From Octopus sinensis (lineage: Eukaryota), in NCBI RefSeq assembly GCF_006345805.1, contig NC_043011.1:47442464-47506463 (forward strand): a stretch of DNA of 64,000 nt. Direction: 5' to 3'. The position numbers and the translations under genes were made by a program. The notes under the pieces were generated by a model, which made no database searches, was not told the origin of the DNA, and saw only the letters and a program-made list of their open reading frames with translations. Below, piece after piece: positions 1-13,252 of this stretch. Every line of letters starts with the position of its first letter. Within the stretch, counting starts at the first letter, position 1.

Positions 1-748
1 ATATGATTTTGTCTGTTAAAATGAAAAGAAGACATTACAAATAAGAAATGTCAGCCATGCCAACCAACTGGAAGATTCTTTACTGCATGCAATTATTGTG
101 TTTCTTCTCATTCGAAGACTGAATCAAATCTTCCTCTTGTATAACAAGATCTTTATTGAAATCTTTCCCTAACTCATACATATTCTTTTATAATTCCAGC
201 AAATAATTTGCTGGTTGATGTCAAATGAAGAAGTGAGCTGAATTAATCTCGTACTACTTTGAATATTTCTTCTTTCCATATTTCACAAAGTGCAATATCT
301 TTTACTCCATCTTGAATATAATCGCAATCTCTCACTCAGTCTTATGAATTCTCTAAGAGATTATATTTTCATTCATTTTATTTTCACTTTCTTTTCTTTT
401 CATTTTTTTAATTATATTTATTAGTCTGGGTAAAAATAGTACAGATGCACTTGACCAGTTGATCAAAAGTGGTTGATGATGATTTGGATCCCATCATGGA
501 ATTATACCCAGTTGTCTGTTGGATATATTGTGTGGGGACCGGCATGCCAAAGAATAGACAGAACGTTTTTTCTGTGTGTTGGTAAAAGGTGACTAAAAGA
601 GGTTGAGGAAGGATTTGCAGTCTGATCTCATAAAATCCCCACTAGCAACAGCTACACAAAGACCCAAGGGCTAGAGTATTGTAACCTGATTGGAGCAAAG
701 GTGAAATCTTGTTATCATTGATGTATGTTGTTCATTTCTGTATATTCA

Positions 749-968
749 TATTTCTTTATTGCCTACAAGGGGCTAAACATAGAGGGGACAAACAAGGACA
801 GACAAAGGGATTAAGTCGATTGCATTGACCCCAGTACGTAACTGGTACTTAATTTATCGACTCCAAAAGGATGAAAGGCAAAGTCGACCTCGGCGGAATT
901 TGAACTCTGAACATAACGGCAGACGAAATACTGCTAAGCATTTCGCCCGGCGTGCTAACGTTTCTAGC
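749..968 (-). mobile_element. SINE family B copy (tRNA-like head GGCGGCGAGCTGGCAGAA, tail ...GGGCAATAAAGAAATA)
   Basis: Reverse complement matches the other B copies in the window (e.g. 23489-23711); slightly 5'-truncated. Confidence 0.85.
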
Positions 969-1220
969 ACCAATACCCTGCTTTTTACATGGCACCATGA
1001 CCAATGCTTTTATGTGACACCCACACCAGTGTTTTTTTTTAGGTTTTTTTAGATCCCTTCATTGGTGGGCATTATCAATATGGGTTTTCAGTTATCAACC
1101 CTCTTCTGTTGTGGTAGATGGCTTGTCTTGAGTACAGCCATGTGCCATATACTTCGATCTCTTTCACCTGGGTGTGATGTAAATGATAATTACCTACCAT
1201 TTTTAGAAGATTATATATTC

Positions 1221-1639
1221 TCTCTTTTACTCTTTTACTTGTTTCAGTCATTTGACTGTGGCCATGCTGGAGCACCACCTTTAGTCGAGCAAATCGACCC
1301 CAGGACTTATTCTTTGTAAGCCCAGTACTTATTCTATCGGTCTCTTTTGCCAAACCGCTAAGTGACGGGGACGTAAACACACCAGCATCGGTTGTCAAGC
1401 AATGCTAGGGGGACAAACACAGACACACAAACACACACACACACACACACACGCATATATATATATATATATACATACATACGACAGGCTTCTTTCAGTT
1501 TCCATCTACCAAATCCACTCACAAGGCATTGGTCGGCCCGGGGCTATAGCAGAAGACACTTGCCCAAGATGCCATGCAGTGGGACTGAACCCCGGGACCA
1601 TGTGGTTAGTTAGCAAGCTACTTACAACACAGCCACTCC
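1221..1639 (-). mobile_element. SINE family A, full-length (~400 bp, tRNA-like head, internal CA/TA microsatellite, (GAGTAAAA)n tail)
   Basis: Reverse complement begins GGAGTGGCTGTGTTGTAAGTAGC, has B-box-like GGTTCAGTCCC and ends GACTGAAACAAGTAAAAGAGTAAAAGAG; about 20 related copies in the window. Confidence 0.9.
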
Positions 1640-2028
1640 AACTTCTAAACTCTCTCCCATGCTTGCATGTATGTCCAAGTAAAGCCTTACAGCCCTACTC
1701 TACATTGATGCTAATGGTGTGCAAACCACAAACCTCATAGTGAACAAACCAGAATACTGTCAACTAAATCAGTTCCAACTCTCAAAAGATACAGAAGAAG
1801 AGATATCCATTAATCAACTCGTATTAATCATTTTACTAATATTATTCCTTTCTCCTCAATAGCAGAAGAATTTCATGGAAGAATTTCTAAAACTGTCTCC
1901 ATATGTTTTCAAAATGGACAATTTACATTCATTCCCCGGCTTCCTTTCTTTCTTTCTTAATTTTTCTGTTTTGAATTTTTCGCCCCCTCCTACCCCAATA
2001 GATAACATAGAAATAGATAAGCAGAAAT

Positions 2029-2029
<1 letters not shown>

Positions 2030-2065
<36 letters not shown>

Positions 2066-2222
2066 TAATAATAATAATAATAATAATAACATACAAATGT
2101 ATATAAGCAAAAAGAGTAATAATAAGTATAATAAAAGAAATGATAATAGCAACAGTAATAATAGTAATAATGATCATATCATTGATGATAATGATGATAA
2201 TAATAATAACAATAATAATAAT

Positions 2223-2263
<41 letters not shown>

Positions 2264-2286
2264 CAATAATAATAATAATAATAATA

Positions 2287-2334
<48 letters not shown>

Positions 2335-2360
2335 CAATAATAATAATAATAACAACAACA
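2030..2360. repeat. (TAA)n/(AAT)n microsatellite complex
   Basis: Visible trinucleotide run; source of the poly-N/poly-I/poly-L ORFs. Confidence 0.95.
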
Positions 2361-2539
2361 ACAGTTTCTAACATAGGCACGTATGATAATACAAATAACA
2401 ATAAGCTGGAAACACTGAAATATACAACAGAGTTCAAATCAGATCTCTTTTGAAGCTTTAACCATTTGTTGTAGGTTTGCCAATGATTCAAATACTTTTA
2501 ACAGGACAGAAATTGAGAGATAATATTCTTTTTTTTTAT

Positions 2540-2568
2540 TATTGGCATTATCATTATTATCATCATCA

Positions 2569-2635
<67 letters not shown>

Positions 2636-2636
2636 C

Positions 2637-2684
<48 letters not shown>

Positions 2685-2780
2685 TATCATCTCCTTTATT
2701 CTCCATACTGTCTCTCCGCATATGTGTATGTCTGCTTGTATGTACCTATGTATGGATAAATATGTGTGTATAAATAAATG

Positions 2781-2821
<41 letters not shown>

Positions 2822-2970
2822 ATATATATGTATATATATATGTATATATATATGTATATATATATGTATATGTATTCGTATATATATATGTATATATATA
2901 TGTATATATATGTATGTATATATATATGTATGTGTATATATATGTATATGTATGTATATATATATGTATG
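2540..2970. repeat. (TTA)n run followed by (TA)n/(TATG)n compound microsatellite
   Basis: Visible simple repeats; source of the poly-Y and YIYM ORFs. Confidence 0.95.
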
Positions 2971-3388
2971 TTTGTATCCTCTAGTCTCTAGGAGTCTGAT
3001 AAATTTACTGACATTTGTGAATTAAACGCATAAGAATGTCTGTGAAGTCATCTTTCTCTATTTCTGCACAAGTACAATTGTTGAATCTAGCTTCGGAAAT
3101 ATGCAAATAGACAAGTCAAACAGATAAAATATGCAAATAAATAAGCTAATGTTATAAAATAAAGGTGCGGTTTGATGATTCTAGGGCTGGGGACAGTGCG
3201 GTGTCTGAGTTAACCCCTAATTGTTGAAGCTCATTCTGAAGATGATGAATATAACCTGTCTCATCCATCATTGTGTTTATTTGACTTGATGTTCAAACTG
3301 ATACAAAATGGCAATGTTTAAGTATTTGAATTTAAATGAATATTCTTTCGACTAACGAGTAAAAATGTGGCGATTGTCTAAGTATGCA

Positions 3389-3420
<32 letters not shown>

Positions 3421-3469
3421 CATGCATCTGTGTGTATGTGTGCATCTGTCTGTGCATGCCGGTGGAGTT

Positions 3470-4216
<747 letters not shown>

Positions 4217-4960
4217 TAAATAGATGCTTAATACTTTAACAGGTATAATATGTGAAGTTTTCAAAAAATATTTCTGGGAAAAAAAAATATATAACTGAAG
4301 CCAAAACATATTTTTAAACACTTTGACATGAAGATAAATCTGTTTATTAAAGCTTATAATATTGGAAATTTAAATAAAAACACACATAATCCCACACAGA
4401 AACCATACATACACACAGATGCATACGGAAGAAATTCGATAAATATATGAAACTATTAAAATATATCAAACATATTCATATCAAAATATATTACAACTAT
4501 ATCGTCATTTAATAAACTATAAACTTCAAAGTCTGCAGTACAATATAAAATTTGTTTCTGATGTATTTATTGCTATAACAGCGTCACGGATGTCTGGTTT
4601 GATAAGGTGTCTGTCTATCAGGCAATTGTTTGATGGTATGGTCACAGCATAGTCATTATAGCCAAAACATTAGAAGTTCCGTTGACCTAGAACACTCCGT
4701 TGCAAATAGTAGCCATTAGCGGTTGGATAAGGTTCACCGATGTAAGCAGTGGGAACACTATATTAACACCGTATCACTGTTTCATGTACTCTTTCTCAGT
4801 ACCCAGTTTTTGTTCTGCCATTTGTACAACTTTTTGGAAGCCCACCTATCATTTATAAATATACCTGTTGAAGATAATTGATTTTATCTATTGCCCTTAA
4901 TCGTTCCTTGGGTGTTAAGTTAGTCCTTTCTAAAACAGGGAATTTTTTTGAAATTATCCA

Positions 4961-5100
4961 CATCCCTATAACTTAGTGGTTCGGCAAAAGAGATTGATTA
5001 GGCCTACAACGAATAAGTCCTGGGGGTCAATTTGTTTGACTAAAGGTGGTACTCCAGCATGGCAGTCAAGTGACTGAAACAAGTAAAAAAAAAAAAGAAA
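4961..5100 (+). mobile_element. SINE family A, 3' fragment
   Basis: CATCCCTATAACTTAGTGGTTCGGCAAAAGAG...GACTGAAACAAGTAAAA matches the A 3' half. Confidence 0.75.
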
Positions 5101-5144
5101 AAGACTAAGTAGCAACATTTAATTTTGTGTATATAAATACATAT

Positions 5145-5521
5145 TCTTTATGCTTTTACTTCTTTGAGCCATCAGACTGCAGCCGAAGCTGGGGCACCGC
5201 ATTGAAGAATTTTAGTTGAATGAATCAACCTCAGTTCTTAAAAAAAAAAATTAACCTTATTCTATCAGTCTCTTTTGCTGAGTTGCTAAGTTACACAACT
5301 GTAAACATATCAACACAAGTTATTATGCAGTGGTGGGGGACAAACACACACATATATACAATGGGCTTCTTTCAGTTTCTGTCTACCAAATCCATTCACA
5401 AGGCTTTGGTCAGCCCAAGGCTATAGTAGAAGACACTTGCCCAAGGTGCAATGCAGTGGGACTGAACCTGGAACCATGTGGTTGGGAAGCAAGCTTCTTA
5501 ACATGCAGCCATTCCTGCACC
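5145..5521 (-). mobile_element. SINE family A, diverged full-length copy
   Basis: Same head and tail motifs as 1221-1639; lies tail-to-tail with the preceding fragment. Confidence 0.8.
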
Positions 5522-6293
5522 TACATATTTATTGTTTAAGCAAAAGAAGTGCAGTGCTGGTGTCCCTTTATGGTGAGAGGATTATATCTATATACTGGGG
5601 ACCTGTAGACTCCACTAAAGGCACCCAAGAAACAGGAAGTGGTGTGGTGTTAAACAAGGTGTTACATTAAGTCTACCACCTAAGTTAGCCACAGTTGGAT
5701 TTGAGCTCAGAATACAAGGAACCATAACAAATAGCACGATGTATCACGTATGCTACTCTGATTCTGTCAGTCTTCTGCTCTCAACTGGTGCTTTAATGAT
5801 TGACCCCAGAAAGACAAGTAGGAAATATGACCTAAGTGCAATTTGAACTCAGAATATGAATAACCAGAATGAATATTGTGAAGTGAATGAACCACGAAAG
5901 TGAAGTCGAGCAAAGAAAAGAGAGAGGGGGACAGGTGGAGGAGGAGATTGGGGGTGGTTGACTTGAGGAGAGAGGACGCCTAAAACTGGGTGAGATGGCG
6001 AGATGGTGTGAGAGTGGTTGTTGTAAGAGTGAGGTAGATCCAGCCACCCCAGCTGACGGGGACAAACCTGGATTCAAATTAATGGATTTCATTTCATTTA
6101 ATGCTGTAACAACTTTGTCAGTTTGCTGCCAATTTACATCTACCAGTCAACTTTGCCTTTCCTTTGACGTGGGATTATGCGGCAAGTTACCTGTCATAAG
6201 CTGATGTTAGTTTATGAGCTATAAGCCAACTGAGAACAAAATAGCCTTCTATCCAATGAAATATTAATCAATTTGCTAATCTTTTAAAACCAA

Positions 6294-6495
6294 TATTTTA
6301 TAAGTCTGAAGTGAAGCTATCAGATCACAAACCTGGCCAACCCACCCACTCTGTTGTGGATTTTAAATTCCTGTATTAATTACAGTAACAAAATAACCTC
6401 TGTATTTTATAAGTCTGAAGTGAAGCTATCAGATCACAAACCTGGCCAACCCACCCACTCTGTTGTGGATTTTAAATTCCTGTATTAATTACAGT
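6294..6495. repeat. Local tandem duplication, two identical 93-bp copies, period 109 bp
   Basis: TATTTTATAAGTCTGAAGTG...ATTAATTACAGT at 6294-6386 and 6403-6495. Confidence 0.92.
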
Positions 6496-6874
6496 GATAG
6501 GTATAAATCCAATATTTACTCTTTATTCATTCTCCTGGCATTCATACATTATTTCATGTCTCGTGCAAGGACAATAAATTTTCTATCAAGATATCAGGTG
6601 CTATAGTTTATTATAATTATTCTAGAAGTGGCTGGAGGTATCATAGATTGCTGAAATGATTAAAGATGGTACTAAATATCTCACTACAATCGACAACAAA
6701 TAAATATCATGATATTTTGAATTGGTTGGCTGCATTACCTACAAAATGTAGGAGCCAAAACATCCCTTGGATTACCTCCAACCAGTCTGAAGTGCTGTTA
6801 TTTTCAGATTTTAGTAAGGTTTGTTAGAGAATAGCTTCTGTTAAAGGCTCACAAAGACAAAATGCTAATATTAA

Positions 6875-7095
6875 CCCTTTAGCATTTAAACTGGCCATAT
6901 CAGGGCCAAAATATTCTACCTGTTTTATATTCAAATCAGCCGGATCTGACCGCTCACACTAACCCTACAATGTCATTCTAAAAATAAATAGTTACCTCAT
7001 CAAAATCCCAAAGCTACAAGATAATGCATGGCAAATTCAAAACAATGTGAATATATAAGCGTTGCATTTGACAGAGTGATGTGAACGCAAAAAGG
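6875..7095 (+). mobile_element. piggyBac-type MITE (TTAA-flanked, CCCTTTAGCATT end)
   Basis: TTAA|CCCTTTAGCATTT...CGCAAAAAGG|TTAA; related copies at ~14939-15118 and 53521-53743. TTAA plus a CCC terminus is the piggyBac signature. Confidence 0.7.
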
Positions 7096-7209
7096 TTAAA
7101 TTGAACAACAAATTAAGTCTATCACCCAAAGTCAAATAACTTACAGTCCTTTTGACTGACTCCCACAACATCCCTGATCCCTTGAGTTTTAGTTTGTTTA
7201 CTACTACAT

Positions 7210-7597
7210 AGGCATAGGAGTGGCTGTGTGGTAAGTACTTTGCTTACGAACCACATGGTTCCGGGTTCAGTCCCACTGCGTGGCGCCCTGGGCAAGTGTC
7301 TTCTGCTATAGCTTCGGGCCGACCAAAGTCTTGTGAGTGAATTTGGTAGGCGGAAACTGAAATGAAGCCCATTGTATATATGTGTATGTGTGTTTGTGTG
7401 TGAGCGTTTGTCCCTCAACATTGCTTGTGAACCGATGCTGGTGTGTTTACGTCTCCATAACTTAGCGGTTCGGCAAAAGAGACCAATAGAATAAGTACTT
7501 ACAAAGAATAAGTCCTGGGGTCGATTTGCTCGATTAAAGGCGGTGCTCCAGCATGGCCACAGTCAAATGAATGAAACAAGTAAAAGAGTAAAAGAGT
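7210..7597 (+). mobile_element. SINE family A, full-length
   Basis: AGGCATAGGAGTGGCTGTGTGGTAAG head to AAGTAAAAGAGTAAAAGAG tail. Confidence 0.9.
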
Positions 7598-7837
7598 GCT
7601 ACTACTACTACTACTACTACTACTACTGTGCTGTGAGATCAAATCATTATACATCACTACAGACTATGTAATCATTAATTATGATTATAGCATGAACTGG
7701 GTAATGAAATAGTAGTGGAAACAGGCACAAAACTTAAGACTAGGTCTTCCAATGTAAAGAGATAACATTTATAAAACCTCTTATTTCTTTCAGACCTTTC
7801 AGGAAGAATTAGTTCTAATTCTTAACCCTTTAAGGTT

Positions 7838-7949
7838 GGGTGTGGCTTATTGACACAACATGCTTTCTTCTGCAGAGGAGGGGTGTGGCTTATTAACACT
7901 CTGCTAAATTGGGAAGAAAACGGGTGTGGTATATAAGCCACATTTGCAT
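7838..7949 (+). promoter_or_regulatory. Candidate promoter-like cluster: three GGGTGTGG (KLF/Sp CACCC-type) boxes, TATATAAG and octamer ATTTGCAT
   Basis: Motifs at 7838, 7881, 7922; TATATAAG at 7930; ATTTGCAT at 7942. Motif matches only. Confidence 0.25.
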
Positions 7950-8029
7950 TATAAGCTATTTGATAGATTATCATATTGTATTTTTGCCTTTTCTTTTGCA
8001 TCCAGCACAGAAATGCTTGTTCTTTATAC

Positions 8030-8205
8030 CCAGCCTTAAAAATTTAATGAACAGACCTATGATCTAAAGCCTTCCAGCTGTGACCATCCCATATCTATAG
8101 TTATAGAAAGTATTATCCCACATGTCTTTCCATTTTAAAGATTGAAAGGTAATTTGAGAAAGAACTGAAAGTGGCCTGCTATTTCTAGCCAGGCAAGCAA
8201 TCTCA
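8030..8205. mobile_element. Unclassified dispersed repeat family E
   Basis: Shares GACCTATGATC..CCTTCCAGCTGTGACCATCCC and GCTGCTATTTCTAG motifs with ~9830-9990, 22630-22820, 24110-24460, 46490-46760 and 52400-52570. Confidence 0.5.
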
Positions 8206-8304
8206 TAGAGTGTGTCTTCACACTAGAAAGCATTCCCCACCCCATCCCGCCACACCACTTATTTTTTTTATTCATAAGTTTGATTTTTTTCTTTTTTGTC
8301 CTTT

Positions 8305-8700
8305 AGGGGCAGGAGTGACTGTGTGGTAAGTAGCTTGCTTACCAACCACATGGTCCCGGGTTCATTCCCACTGTGTGTCACCCTAGGCAAGTGTGTTCTA
8401 CTATAGCCTCGGGCTGACCAAAGCCTTGTGAGTGGATTTGGTTGATGGAAACTGAAAGAAGCCCATCGTATATATGTATATATGTATGTGTGTGTATTTG
8501 TGTTTGTCCTCCCAACATTGCTTGGCAACTGATGCTGGTGTGTTTACGTCCTCATAACTTAGCGATTTGGCAAAAGACACCGATAGAATAAGTACTAGGC
8601 TTACAAAAAATAATTCCTGGGGTCGATTTGCTCGATTAAAGGCGATGCTCCAGCATGGCCACAGTCAAATGACTGAAACAAGTAAAAGAGTAAAGAGTAA
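8305..8700 (+). mobile_element. SINE family A, full-length
   Basis: Head and tail motifs as in the other A copies. Confidence 0.9.
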
Positions 8701-8711
8701 CTAGCTACAGC

Positions 8712-8900
8712 AGTGCCCCGTAACCTTTTCCTCAGCTGCGGGGAAACTTATATTCTTTTCAAGATTCGGTGGCACACCTGAACTAAAATATAACTAAAAG
8801 TATAGGGGGGAAAAATATTACATTCAGGTTACACTGCGACACACCTCGCATCATCTCGTGGCACACCTGTGTGTCACAGTATACCAGTTGCGAAGCACTA
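8712..8900. mobile_element. hAT/Charlie-like MITE
   Basis: CAGTG...GAAGCACTA termini and internal GGCACACC repeats typical of hAT non-autonomous elements. Confidence 0.5.
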
Positions 8901-9995
8901 AGCTAGAGCATTAAAGAATATTACAAGTGAGTGAAAGGCGTTAGCCTTAACAAAGAAATGTGTGTGTGTGTATTTTTATGGCTTAAATGAAAGAAATGTC
9001 AATATAGCCCTAAGTTGATAAGTGGTTTAACTCTCCAACAGAGAAATCATTCGCTGCATTTTACGCTGCACATTATGCAATTGTTTAACGAATTTATGAG
9101 CAAAACTGAATACAAAACAATCTACATTTTCTGTAGTTATTGTTTTTTTTTATTATTGTGCAAAATACTTAATCGTGTAACTCCTCTCACCCTTCCCCAG
9201 TGATTGGTCGGTTGGTTGGTTGGTTGGTAATTTATCTTGTTGGTTGATTTGTTGCTAGCGGGTACAAGCTGTGACAAGGTTGTCAAATGTCATACTTTAG
9301 TATTCCCCCTCCAATTTTTCTCACTTCCTCACTCTATTCATGAAGAAGTTGAGGAGAGATGATTATAAAAATAGTTTTTTTTTATAAAAATGACATGCTA
9401 TCTCTCCATAAGATAAGACAGAAAGACATCAGCCAAATCTTTCTTATTTATATGACAGTATGGATGTGACAGTCATAAAAAAAAATGTAAGATAGAATAA
9501 TAAAAAAACACTACACTACAAATACAAAAAAAATAAAATAGTTGAATTGATAATCACTTCAGAAATAATGTTGGAGTGGTGGAACTCTCAACAAACTTTT
9601 CTTTTCATTATTCACATTCATGTCTCTACAAATGAAGTTCAAATCTCACTGAGTCTGATTTTAGCTTTCAATTCAGAAGGTTTGACAAATACATATTGTT
9701 GTTGTTGTGGTTTATGCTTTGTTATAATTTTCCTCTTCATTAGTGTTTTTTTAATCAGGAGAACAAGATAACCTAGATCTCTGCATCCTCTACATCTCAA
9801 CACAGGAACCATCTAGATTGTTGTTGTTTTCTCCACATCAATTCTATATGAGCAGATTTGTGCTCAAAGCTGTTCTTCCTTTGATCGTCTGATCTTTTTC
9901 CTATAACCAAAATCCCATTACCTATTGTAACTCTTCCTTTTTTAAAGACAGTAGGATGTAATCTGAAGAATGTTTGGCTGCTATGTCAGTCAGAT

Positions 9996-10238
9996 GTGGA
10001 GGTGTGTGGTTTAGTGGCTAGGGTGTCAGCATCATGATCGTAAGATTGTGGTTTCGATTCTGGACCAGGCAACGTGTTGTGTTCTTGAGCAAAACACTTC
10101 ATTTCACGTTGCTCCAGTCCATTCAGCTGGCAAAAATGAGTAACGTTGCAATGGACTGGCATCCCGTCCAGCTGGGAAACACACACACCTTTGAAACTGG
10201 GAAACCAGACCCACGAGCCTGGCTAGGCTTTAAAAGGG
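9996..10238 (+). mobile_element. SINE family D (tRNA-derived head with A/B boxes, CORE-like middle)
   Basis: GTGGAGGTGTGTGGTTTAGTGG...GGTTTCGATTC head; near-identical architecture to 53754-54001. Confidence 0.8.
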
Positions 10239-10692
10239 CTACTTTATTTTATTTATGTCTGTCAGATTGGACAATTTAGAAGAGGCTTGTTTATTGCCTG
10301 GTATCATGAAAAGCTTTCTGAGAAGCAGCAAGTGGAACTTAGACAGCTTTAATGAATCAATAATGAGATAGAGATGCTGTGAGCAATGTTTTATGTTCTC
10401 TGGCATCTATGTCCAAATGCTCTTCCTAAAAGCAACCAGTTTAAAAAAGTTTTCTTGGTGCATTTTATCATGGCACCAATGCTAAACAGATTGCTTTGTC
10501 TTCTGCGGAACAGAAGTATTCTCTTTACTTGACATTATCTTTGTTTATTTAAACCAACCATAACAGTGACTGTGAATAGAAGAGAATGAGAGAAGAGACA
10601 GGAGACTGGAGAATGAAAGAGAGAGAAGAGAGGATGGGTAAGGCAAGTGTAATAACAGAGAGACAGTGATAATTACATGCTGGTTAAAGTGC

Positions 10693-10990
10693 ATAGCTTA
10701 GTGTTTAGCATGTAGGGCTCACAATCATGAGGAAGTGAGTTCAATTCACAGTCCAAGTTCTGTGTTGTGTTCTTGAGCAAGACACTTTATTTGACATGGC
10801 TCCAGTTCACTCAGTTATAGAAATGTCACTGGTGCCAAGCTGTATCAGCCTTTGCCTTTACCTTGGACAACATTGGTGGCACGAAGAAGGGAGGCTGGTA
10901 TATATGGGCAACTGCTGTTCTTCCATAAACAACCTTGCCCTGACTTGTGCCTTGGAGGGGAACTTTTATGACCAAAGGAAGTCCCTGTAT
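10693..10990 (+). mobile_element. Diverged D-related SINE
   Basis: TAGCTTAGTG (A box), GAGTTCAATTC (B box), then TTGAGCAAGACACTTTATT..GCTCCAGTTCACTCAG shared with the D copies. Confidence 0.6.
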
Positions 10991-11594
10991 TGTTAAGCAG
11001 ACTGAATAGGAAAACAGTATGAATGGCATTATGGGATAGTAATAGGACTAGATGTAAACAAAGAGCAGCACAGATAAAAGAGGGTGATAGAAATGGCTAG
11101 GAATAAAGAAGGTTACTCTCTTATCTCACAAGAGAAGAAAATTTACAAGAGAAACCCACAAACACTTTAACAACTGTCTAGTTATGCTTGCATCATTTGG
11201 AGTATAGTTTCATTTCTATTATATTTTCATGTGTGTCTCTTCATCTGTAACATATTATGATAATAAAAACTATAATATTCTACTCTTCAAATGTTTTATT
11301 TCTTATGCTATAAAATCATTAACATCATTTTTATCACTACTGTCTGTATTTGTGCCCAAATGGAGAACTATATAATTCTTCTGTTTTTACCAGTTCCCCA
11401 CCCCACTCCATTTTTTCTTCCCACCTCTGCCTTTTCGTCCCCTTTCTTCTCCATCTGATGGGACTTCTGCACACTTTACATCCATCCAATTTCCCTCACA
11501 AAACTGAAGTTGACTTGAGGCTGTTTTAAAAGGCATTTAAACATGATGCCATTCAGCAGGATTAAACCTGGGTTCTCATGAGCCATGTAAACAT

Positions 11595-11832
11595 TTATAC
11601 AAATATATATACACACACACACATATATATATATACACATATATATATACATACATACACATATATATATATATACATACATACATACACGTACATACAT
11701 ACACATACATACACATATGTATACAGACATACACATAGATATACATATATATATACACGTACATACACATGTATACAGACGTACACATATACATGCATAC
11801 ATATATATATATACATACACACGTATACATGC

Positions 11833-11874
<42 letters not shown>

Positions 11875-11990
11875 GCATACATACATATATATATATACAC
11901 ACATATACATGCATACATATATATATACACACATATTCATGCATATATAAGTATGTATATATGTGCACATATACTTTCACTATCACACAT
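11595..11990. repeat. Compound (TA)n/(CA)n/(TACA)n microsatellite
   Basis: Direct reading; explains six overlapping YIYI/VCVC ORFs. Confidence 0.95.
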
Positions 11991-12566
11991 GAGTAAATAA
12001 ACAAATAACTAGATCTATCTAAATTGATCTATTTTAAATGCATTTAAAATCAATAGCTCAATAGTTAGAAATCATGGGAAAAAAAGCAAAAAACAGAGAT
12101 AGAAACAACTTGTAGCCAAGGTATTTATTTTTGTTATTCACTTTTGTTATAGCAGTAATTCCTCTTCTTCTTTTATAGGTATCAACCATAATGATAATAA
12201 CTTAGCAGGAAAAATATTTCCAAAACATATAAAATAGTTTAGTCAAATTAGTGTTCACATGTCATTTAATTTTTCTTTTTTTTTTTCAAAAAAAAAAAAA
12301 ACGTTAAAGAAGAAATCAATTGCAAAATAGGACATTTTCAATATTATTTATTTAACCCCTCGTTATGTTATTTATATGGATATGAATGCATGAAATTCAA
12401 ATAAACATCTCATTTCCATGCATCAGAAATATATATGTACATCCCATATGCATGACACCGTATATCTTTGAATGCATAAATAAATATGTTTATTAAACTT
12501 CGTTTTTCAACTGAGATGCAAAGACAAACACATAAATACTCATACAAGCATATACATATATACATA

Positions 12567-12732
12567 TCTATTATATAAAATCTGTTCCGTCTGTCTGTGT
12601 GTGTGTCTTCTAGGATCTCGGGCATCCTCCATTCGATTGCGCTCAAATTTTATATGTAGATACTGACGGTATCAGGGCATGTATAAGTCTTGAAAAAATT
12701 ACAGAAATCGATTCCAGATGAGAATGCGATCG
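12567..12732 (+). mobile_element. Non-autonomous Helitron 5' fragment
   Basis: A|TCTATTATATAAAATCTGTTCCGTCTGTCTGTG start, like the 35593 element; no 3' end seen. Confidence 0.5.
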
Positions 12733-13054
12733 CTAAAGCATTCTTTGGAATAGTAAAAAAGCTTATCTTTATTTCTTCTTTTGCAGGTGTCTCAAATTTA
12801 GGTTAAATCAGTGTTTCTCAAAGGGGAGGCTGAAATTTGGGGGAGGGGGATATTTGATTAGATCAACCCCAGTACTCAACTGGTACTTAATTTGTGCATG
12901 TGTGTGCGTGTGTGTATGTGTGAGTGTGCATGTATACAGGTGGGTGTATGTGTGCATGCATACTGGTGTATGTGTATGCATGCGGTGTGTGTGTGTGTGT
13001 GCATGTGCACAGGTGTGTGTGTGTGCTGGTGTGTGTGCCTGTGTGTGTACATGT

Positions 13055-13252
13055 GTGTGTCTTTGAGTTTGTCTCCCACCACCACTTGACAACCTATGTT
13101 GTTGGCTTTACTTCCCTGTAACTTAGCAGTTTGGCAAAACAGACTCGTAGCACCGGTAACACTGCAATCAATATGCTTGAAAAAAAATTTATCAAGGTGG
13201 TGCCACAGTACGGCTGCATTCCAATGAGTGAAACAAGTGAAAGATAAAGAAT
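13055..13252 (+). mobile_element. A-related SINE 3' fragment
   Basis: TTTGTCTCCCACCACCACTTGACAACC...GAGTGAAACAAGTGAAAGATAAAGAATA. Confidence 0.65.

Noticed and set aside
61-360. Short acidic minus-strand frames (DCDYIQDGVKDIALCEIWKEEIFK, MYELGKDFNKDL...)
   Set aside because: Under 35 codons each, no convincing splice sites, no recognisable family; within chance expectation.
1062-1740. Recurring ORFs with motifs such as GTEPGTMWLVSKLLTTQP and FQSFDCGHAGAPPL
   Set aside because: These are translations of SINE family A and recur at every copy; not a gene family.
2097-3025. Poly-N/I/L/Y and YIYM ORFs
   Set aside because: Stop-free frames of (TAA)n, (TTA)n and (TA/TATG)n microsatellites; the same holds for the ORFs at 11476-12004, 26691-27082, 29448-30038, 41504-42335 and 63653-63977.
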